From assembly GCA_000697335.1 (NCBI GenBank), contig JNEM01008379.1:1-32664 (forward strand): a stretch of 32,664 nt of DNA. The letters run 5' to 3'. This DNA is from Conidiobolus incongruus B7586 (Eukaryota). A program made the translations under genes and the position numbers. Below, piece by piece: positions 25,027 to 32,664 of the stretch. The notes below the pieces were generated by a model. That model saw only the letters and a program-made list of their open reading frames with translations. It was not told the DNA's origin and searched no databases. Within the stretch, counting starts at the first letter, position 1. Each line of letters starts with the position of its first letter.

Positions 25027-26122
25027 ATGATTCGAAAAATTATATATACACTCCCATTATATCAAACTCAATTTAGAGTTTTGTTTAGTACCAACAGGTA
25101 AATATCATATTCAGTGACATATAATTCAAAATTTATTTTAAATATCCAAGAATTATTTCAGCTGATAAAAAAGATATAAAGATTTATACTAAAACTGGTG
25201 ACAAAGGTATTTCATGTTATTAAATAAAGCTCATAATTTAAATTAAGCAAATATTTTATCCCTGATTATATACTGATCAATAAATTTTACAGGAACTTCA
25301 GCATTATTTACAGGAGAAAGAAGACCTAAAAATGACTTAGTATTCGATGCATTGGGAACGACTGATGAATTATCATCCTTTATAGGGTAATATGATAACT
25401 TTACTATTAGTATTATTTTATAAAAATTTTTATAGTTTAGCACGTGAATATTGTAAAGATGAAAGTATTGGAATTGAGCAAGATTTAGAATGGGTTTGTT
25501 AAAAATAATGAGCTTAATTACTATATCTTTATTAATCAAAGGAATAATTATCAGATTCAATGTATGCTTCAAGATATTGGCTCCAATATTGCCACTCCAA
25601 GAGATGATCAGCTGAATGAGAAAAAGATAGGTAATATATCAATATATAATCCTTGAGTATAATTATTAAAATGCTTCATTTAGCTTTTACTCAGTTCGAT
25701 GACGATGGAAGTAAAGTGGCCCAGTTGGAACACTGGATTGATCAGTTTTCTGAACAAACCCCCCCTTTAAAAAACTTTATTTTACCAGTAAATTTAATGA
25801 ATTTGATTTGAATCAGGACTTTTAATTGATTCTTGTCTTAGTCAGGTGGAAAAAGTGGATCATCTCTTCACATTGCTAGAAGTGTTTGTAGAAGAGCTGA
25901 AAGAACTGTTGTACCCCTAGTTCAGAATGGCCAAGTTGATAAGTCTGTTGCTAAATTTTTGAATAGGTGCTCTATTAAAATATTCATATCATTCGATTTT
26001 AATACTAATTAATACATAGATTGAGTGATTACTTCTTTGCATCTGCTAGATATGCATCACATAAATCCAATCAACCAGAAGTGATTTATCGCAAGGAAAG
26101 AGGTAGAAAGAAAGACCAATGA
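25027..26122 (+). CDS. MMAB: ATP:cob(I)alamin adenosyltransferase (MMAB/PduO type), probably mitochondrial; 8 exons: 25027-25097, 25151-25206, 25293-25386, 25436-25493, 25555-25630, 25684-25787, 25842-25966, 26020-26122; 228 aa
   Basis: Splicing seven GT-AG introns gives an uninterrupted protein with [85 protein letters not shown] and [17 protein letters not shown]. The N-terminus is Arg-containing and lacks acidic residues. Exon 1 is the least certain. Confidence 0.95.
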
Positions 26123-28090
26123 CATTGTGTAATAATCAAATTTTGATATTAAAAATAATCTATGGTTTTGTTTTATTAAATTCATTTCTATGGACTGAAT
26201 TTATTATATAATAGTTGGCGGTATTTTCCTTTTTTGCATAAAATTATTCTTTCAATGGATAAAATCCAAATACTAAAGTTTATTAATATATATTATATAA
26301 AAACTCATTGATATATGTGACATTTTTTGAATTTGGTACATTCTTAATAATAAAAATTCTTAATTTGATTTGATCAAATTTAGTTATGAATCAAATACTT
26401 GGTTATTTATCAAAAGGGTTGGTTGCTTGGTTTTAATGATTAATATAAATAATACTGAAAACCAATATATTGTTTTTTAAATTTGATAGCTTTGTATTTT
26501 AGTTAAGTGATATTATATATTGTTGAATATTTTATTAATCTATATAAAATAATATTGAATGATTCATATTAATAATTTTAAAATTCAAATTTGATCAACG
26601 ATTCTCAAATTATCCAATTAAAAAAATATTGTTTTCAAGGAGTACCCCATCCGTAGAATGTTATCTATTATAGTTTATAATTTATTGTTAATATCAAACA
26701 CTTAATATTATGTTTTTTAGAATAAAAATTGATTACAAAATTTAATATGAAGACTTTCAAATTTTTATAGAACTCAATCAATTACTTTCATAATTTCCAC
26801 AAAAAATTGAATTGATTAGTGTTGAATAGTATATTACCATATACACACAATAATTCACTATAGTATTTTTGGTTCAAACTTTGAATTTATCTAATCAAAT
26901 TATCATAGTTTTAATTTAAAAAATTTATTTTGTAAATATATTCAATATTTGAATTGTATGGTCCATTTTTCAAATTATCATATATTTGTCAGATATTAGT
27001 CATAGCTTGATTTAATTTTATAGTATTATTACGCAATTGATTTCATTAATTACTCATTAGTATAATATATTTTTGAAGTTTTGGTCATTCAGAAAATCAC
27101 TTTCAAATTTATAATTATATAATAATACATAATCACAGTCGAATGAGTTATCATTATATCTCATAAATATTTCAATAGGTTGTAGATTTTAAAAGATAAG
27201 AAATTTAATTATTTCTCACAATAAATTCCAATATATCACTTTTTTAATATTTAAAAATCAGATCATATTTCATTAAATCTCAACCTCTTTATGAACTATA
27301 ATGTTTGAATTACTGAAAACAATACTTGATTCTCATTATTAAATATAAATAAACTATGAATCGTGATTGTATTCATTGGAATTTATATATTGTCATTTTA
27401 TGATATTTATTTTATTAATATTTTGATTACATTATTCAGATTGTTCCATATTAAGCGTATTCCCATTATTTTAATATTTGAAATATATATTTTTTAGATT
27501 TATAATCTAATGTTGAACAGGGTCATATGGTAATTTGTATTTCAAATCCATTGTGCAATTTTGAAAACTTAAATATATTATCAATAGTATTATAATATTA
27601 GTTATTGCTTATTTATCGATAAGCATTGCAAATATATTACGTTTAACCAAAAAATATATGAATAAAAGCATATTCTTAATTTTTTTAAATCTATCAATGA
27701 CATATTTTTCAATAATCTAATATAAAAATACTAATAAATTACAAATTGTCATATTGATCTTTGTAAATAATAATCGTTGGTCCAAAATTATGGCATATTT
27801 TTGAAATACTTACAAGGTTATATTTTGTAGATAAAAAAAGATTCATAGAATAAATTTCTCTTCTAAATATATTTGGTTTCACAGCTTGAATTTTGATTTT
27901 ATTGATACATCAGTTTTGCCATATTGTATTACGCATTTGTAATAGTAATGTTATTAGATGAAAAATTGAAATTTATTAATGATTTGAAATGATTAGTCTA
28001 AGAAAGTATTTAAATATATGAATATAATACAAAAGCGTATTAAAATGATGAATAATTAATTAATTAAATGACTATAAAGTATCAAACTTC

Positions 28091-29350
28091 CTAAATGCTT
28101 CCTGTGAAGTCTTTGATGAGAGCTCTGACGGCATCGATAGTTCCCATAACAACACAGATAGCAGCAACAACATAAAGGATGACGATCCAAACATATTCGA
28201 AAATGGATCTTCCGCGGATACCAAATACTTTCAAGTGGCAAGTCAAGGGAACTACGAATACTAACATACATTCGGAGAAAGCACCAACAAGAGACATTAA
28301 GTTACCGAAAAAAGGAATAAAACAACCAAAGCAGACTAATACAATGAGAATAGAAGTACGGACAAGGGCACGGAATCCGAATTCTTTACCGCGGCCCATA
28401 TGTTCAATATTGATTTTGTAATATCTTTCAACTTCCAAACATAAGGAGCACAAGAAAATGACACCAGCAGCCAAAACGTGAAGCATCATTAAGACTTGAC
28501 CAGTAAAATTAGGAGCACCTTTAGGTAAAGATTCAAAAATAGGAGACTTAACATCATTACCGTAAACATAATAGCCAACGACAGCAGTAATGACATAAAA
28601 GGCAAAAGCACTCAAAGTGGAGGTAGTGACAACGATGGGCCATTGCTGGGGTTTAGCCATGGAACGATAGACTTGAGGGAAGACAACAGTACCACCGTAG
28701 GCAAAGCAAATGGTAGAAAGAGCAAGAGGAACTTCGGCCCAGTTGGCATTGTCGTACTCGACGGGATGATCGATAGTAGGCAAGTTCATCAAACCCAAGA
28801 CAACAACTAAAATCACAGCAACAAGAGTAGCCAAAGCACCGAAGACACCAATGAAAAATACATCCTGAATCTTTTTAAAAGCAACCAAAGGAATCCAAAT
28901 GACTACACCAGCAACAATTACAAGATATCTAATGTTGACAATATTACCAGACAAAGCAATCAAGTTCTTCAATACAACAGCTGAATACACCATATAGAGA
29001 GTCACACCACCACAAATAATACTGTATTGACAAATTTGAACCAAAATACGACCAGGACGTCCAAAGGCAGCAGCACCAACATCAGGATAAGTTTCAATTT
29101 TAGCATCGACCTTTTTGTCAATGACTTGGACAAGCTTCAAACCAGTATAAATAGCGAATAGAGCACCTAAAATAATCAACAACACACCAATCCAACCGGA
29201 TTGTTTAATGGCATAGGGCAACCCAAGAGTGCCGGTACCAGCCAAAGCACAGAGGATAGTGAAATAAGCACCGATACTGGAACCGGTGCCATGCTTAATA
29301 TAGTCAGAACCAGCCTCAACGATCTCAAACGACTGTTTTTTATCAGACAT
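28091..29350 (-). CDS. Amino acid/auxin permease (Aa_trans, AVT-like) transporter, intronless, 419 aa
   Basis: About 11 hydrophobic segments; motifs AGTGTLGLPYAIKQSGWIG, TYPDVGAAAFG, FAYGGTVVFP.VYRSMAKPQQW, GYYVYGNDVKSPI and IPFFGNLMSLVGA. Confidence 0.95.
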   Translation of the reverse strand: MSDKKQSFEIVEAGSDYIKHGTGSSIGAYFTILCALAGTGTLGLPYAIKQSGWIGVLLIILGALFAIYTGLKLVQVIDKKVDAKIETYPDVGAAAFGRPGRILVQICQYSIICGGVTLYMVYSAVVLKNLIALSGNIVNIRYLVIVAGVVIWIPLVAFKKIQDVFFIGVFGALATLVAVILVVVLGLMNLPTIDHPVEYDNANWAEVPLALSTICFAYGGTVVFPQVYRSMAKPQQWPIVVTTSTLSAFAFYVITAVVGYYVYGNDVKSPIFESLPKGAPNFTGQVLMMLHVLAAGVIFLCSLCLEVERYYKINIEHMGRGKEFGFRALVRTSILIVLVCFGCFIPFFGNLMSLVGAFSECMLVFVVPLTCHLKVFGIRGRSIFEYVWIVILYVVAAICVVMGTIDAVRALIKDFTGSI

Positions 29351-32300
29351 GTTAGTATTAATTATGTAAGCAATAGGGATAAGGCAGATGTCTTGTCAAC
29401 AATGATCCATACATGCCTATTTATATCAATTGCAGGGATTCACAATCTTCATTTTGTTTATAGATTAGATACATGAATTTATTATTGTGTGACATAGATT
29501 AGGTTTGGAACGTTGGCTAATGAGGAATTTTTTTAAGGGATTTTATTTCACTGTATTAGCAAGACTCAAGAACATTTAAGTTGAGAAAATTTGCCAACAA
29601 TTGTGATACATCAAAATCCATTTGAATAGCGCAATCTTTGAACTTGATATCTTATTGGCTAAAGATCCGGATGGATTAGTCATTCTCAAAAAAATGACGC
29701 GATCAAAATCATAATCTATCTAGGATATAAGAAAATTAAGAACTACTGGTGCTATTATTTATTATATCTATATATGGTAAAAGCTCTATGCTATCTTTTT
29801 TCTATTGAGGATAATTATTGTTTTGAATAATTTCTACGAAATTTTTAATTATCAAAAATTTCAAAAAAAAAATTCAAATTACAAAAGAATTTTATTAAGA
29901 ATATTATTGATAGCAGCCATTTACTTCGTATTTAATTAATATATCAATATTAAAATGAACTATCCATACAACCATCCACTGTTGTCCATTATTAAATATA
30001 TCGAACCAGAACATCTATACTATTATTTTAAAAAATTCATATTTCTGAACTAATCCGCAATTCAAAGTTGAACACAAAGTTTAAAGTTCCAAAATAAGTT
30101 GTGAGAGCAATCCTTAAAGTCACTTGACATAGAGTTTCTTTTTTAATCATTTCTAATTTCGGGAAATTAATTGGTTCATTTAGCTTTTATCTCTTCAGAT
30201 AGCAGTACAGAAACTTTAGATTTCTATAATTGTCGATCAAGTCCATTCTCATTTTTCGAAACAGTTGATTGATAATTGTAAAATATTCTTTATTAATAGC
30301 TTCTTATTCGCAATAATTCAAATATTTTTTAAATTAATATTGATATTCTCATCTAATAATCATTATTCAACCCAACATTTAATATATTTATGGATTTATT
30401 ATTGAATATATTGCAAAGTTATTTGAAGAATTGCGACAAAAATTTTATGTAACTTGCTATAATATGATTAATATCTATACTATATTTTACCCAATTTAGC
30501 AAATTAATTTCATATCATTATACTGTTTTAGAATATACCTCGAAAGATTAACTCATTTTGTATGTTTAATTAGCTAATATTATAATATTATTAGTGATAT
30601 TATATATAATTCAACTATTCATATATCACATGCTATACAGATACTAATATTTGATGTCATTATAATTGTTATATAAAATATTTCAATATCAGCACCATTA
30701 TCAATTTTTTATGAATCAAAATTCTAGAAACAATGATATGGAGAATTTGAAAAGAAATTGAGAGTTCTTGGTATTAAATTAAATGCCCTTAAATAAATTT
30801 TTTGATGTGTATATATATTGACTATTTGATCTTATTTAAGGTCATTTGACTTATAAAAAGTATCTCGATATATAGTATTAAGTTCATTTTTAATCATATT
30901 TGTTCAGGTTTATTGTTTATTTATTTTATATTTTGATTATTATTTCATAAGTGAAAACATTATAATTTGAACCAATATAAAACACTGAATATTTGATGAT
31001 GCAATTGCAAAAGGGACGATATATCTTAATTGGAATGATTATCATAGATTTTATTCAAATTATGTATATGCATTTGATTTTAAAGTACCATGTAATCTGA
31101 TCCAATTTAAAAATCGTTTATAAGATTGTTTATATTTTTTAATAGCTTTTTATCCTAAAGAATCAAATCTGTGATAAATATCATACAGTATCTATAATGG
31201 CATTCATCAAATTATCTTATTTTGTCAATTTTTGACATATTACAACAATTAGACAATATGTAAATACTAACAAAAATCGCTTTCATTTTTGATACATTAA
31301 TACTTGCTAATTTATTTATATCCAGCAATTGGTTTACCTTGTGTATTTACATCGCTGTACCAAATACTATTATCAAACCAAATTAGAATATATTAGCTCA
31401 CAGCAATAGTCTAATATTTAATACTAAATACAATGATTTTATTAATATACAAATTAAAAATAGTAGCATTATTCAGACAACACATTACATAGATTATGAA
31501 ATTAGTTATATATAAAAAATAAGAATAAATTTGATTTTTGATAATCTAATCCATCATGTATATCGCCATTTTATTCGGTTATATGGATGTAATTTCAATT
31601 ACTTATAAATCAATGAATCATATCGCTTTCAATGCAATTATTTCAAACTATATAAAATGATATTCATTTGTAATAAATCAATCCTTAAGCTTGTCTTAAT
31701 CATTGACAACAAAATTTTTTAAATTTTTGTTAAAGGTTTCTAAATATAATTTAATATAATATTGGAAATATTCAATTCTGATAATATATATATTGTTTAT
31801 TTATAAATAATGATCAGCTCAATATTTATTATTTTAGTTCTTGAATTATAACACTTGATTAACCAATTCAAATCATTATCATACTGTTAAAATTTTACTT
31901 TGGTTTATTAAATTGAATAAGTAATTTAATAAGGTAAAATACATTATAAAATGATTAATATTTTAAAATTTTAGATTTTATCAAATCATAAAAATATTAA
32001 ATTTAAAATTTAAAGTCTTAACTAACTATATCTATATAATTGATTTGTTTTTATTCATTTTATAATAAAGTAAAACTATAAACTTTTAATTTAAAAATGA
32101 GAATTGAAACAAGGTTTCACATTTATTTTAAAATTATACACTAACCTACAAAAGTGAGTTATAAAATCAAAAACACTTATATTTTTATTAATAACTTAAT
32201 TAATATTTAATAAAATAAACTTAAATTAAATAATTAAAATCTATTATATTTATTAATTATATATATCATTAAATGATGATATTTAATTATTAATTGGTTA

Positions 32301-32664
32301 AAATATAAACTTTTAAATTTTACTTAAGGTAAGTTATAAATTTATAGGTTTTTAGTGATAAAAAAAATTAAAACTTAATATATTTATCTTTAGCTTTTTT
32401 AATTTCTTTAAGTTTATAAAATATAAAATTAGTTAACTTTTTATATTAAAAAAGGTTAATTTTATTTTATACTTCTTAAATATATTTTTAAAGTTGATTT
32501 AAATTTTTTGTTGGGGGGAGAACTTTAATAACTTTTTTTAATTAATTTTAAAGATATTTAATTAAATTAAAGTTAAAAGATTAAAAAAACTACTTTATAA
32601 CTATTATTTTATTATTTTTAAATTATTAAGTAATAAAAATTATAATATAGCAAAAAGTATTATC

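Noticed and set aside
25243..25572. 109-aa minus-strand ORF
   Set aside because: Antisense to MMAB exons and introns; its composition simply reflects AT-rich codons.
30720..31122. Short coding-looking patches (GEFEKKLRVLGIKL; FDDAIAKGTIYLNWNDYHRFY...)
   Set aside because: Under 50 codons, no start codon or splice support, and no convincing family motif; possibly decayed element fragments but not supportable.

Overview
Very AT-rich eukaryotic genomic DNA with short GT-AG introns (mostly about 50 nt). Gene content and style fit an early-diverging, non-Dikarya fungus (Zoopagomycota/Conidiobolus-like; inference only). Nine intact genes are supported: phosducin-like PLP2 (4 exons), a Con7-type C2H2 factor, ADE2, a TALE homeodomain protein, a membrane-anchored She10/Osw7-like protein with a 43-aa tandem repeat, STRAP/UNRIP WD40 (3 exons), a Pho80-type cyclin (2 exons), an 8-exon cob(I)alamin adenosyltransferase (MMAB/PduO) that the ORF track misses completely, and an Aa_trans amino-acid transporter. 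There is also a disrupted orphan gene, two different solo LTRs with perfect 5-bp target-site duplications, and a heavily decayed LINE reverse-transcriptase relic. The most notable observation is that the TALE protein carries an N-terminal region that aligns by eye with the MEIS/PKNOX-KNOX (MEINOX) dimerisation domain, an animal/plant-type architecture absent from the well-studied Dikarya TALE proteins. Second, the B12-pathway gene MMAB appears to share intron positions with the human gene. All alignments were made by eye from remembered family motifs; no searches were run.
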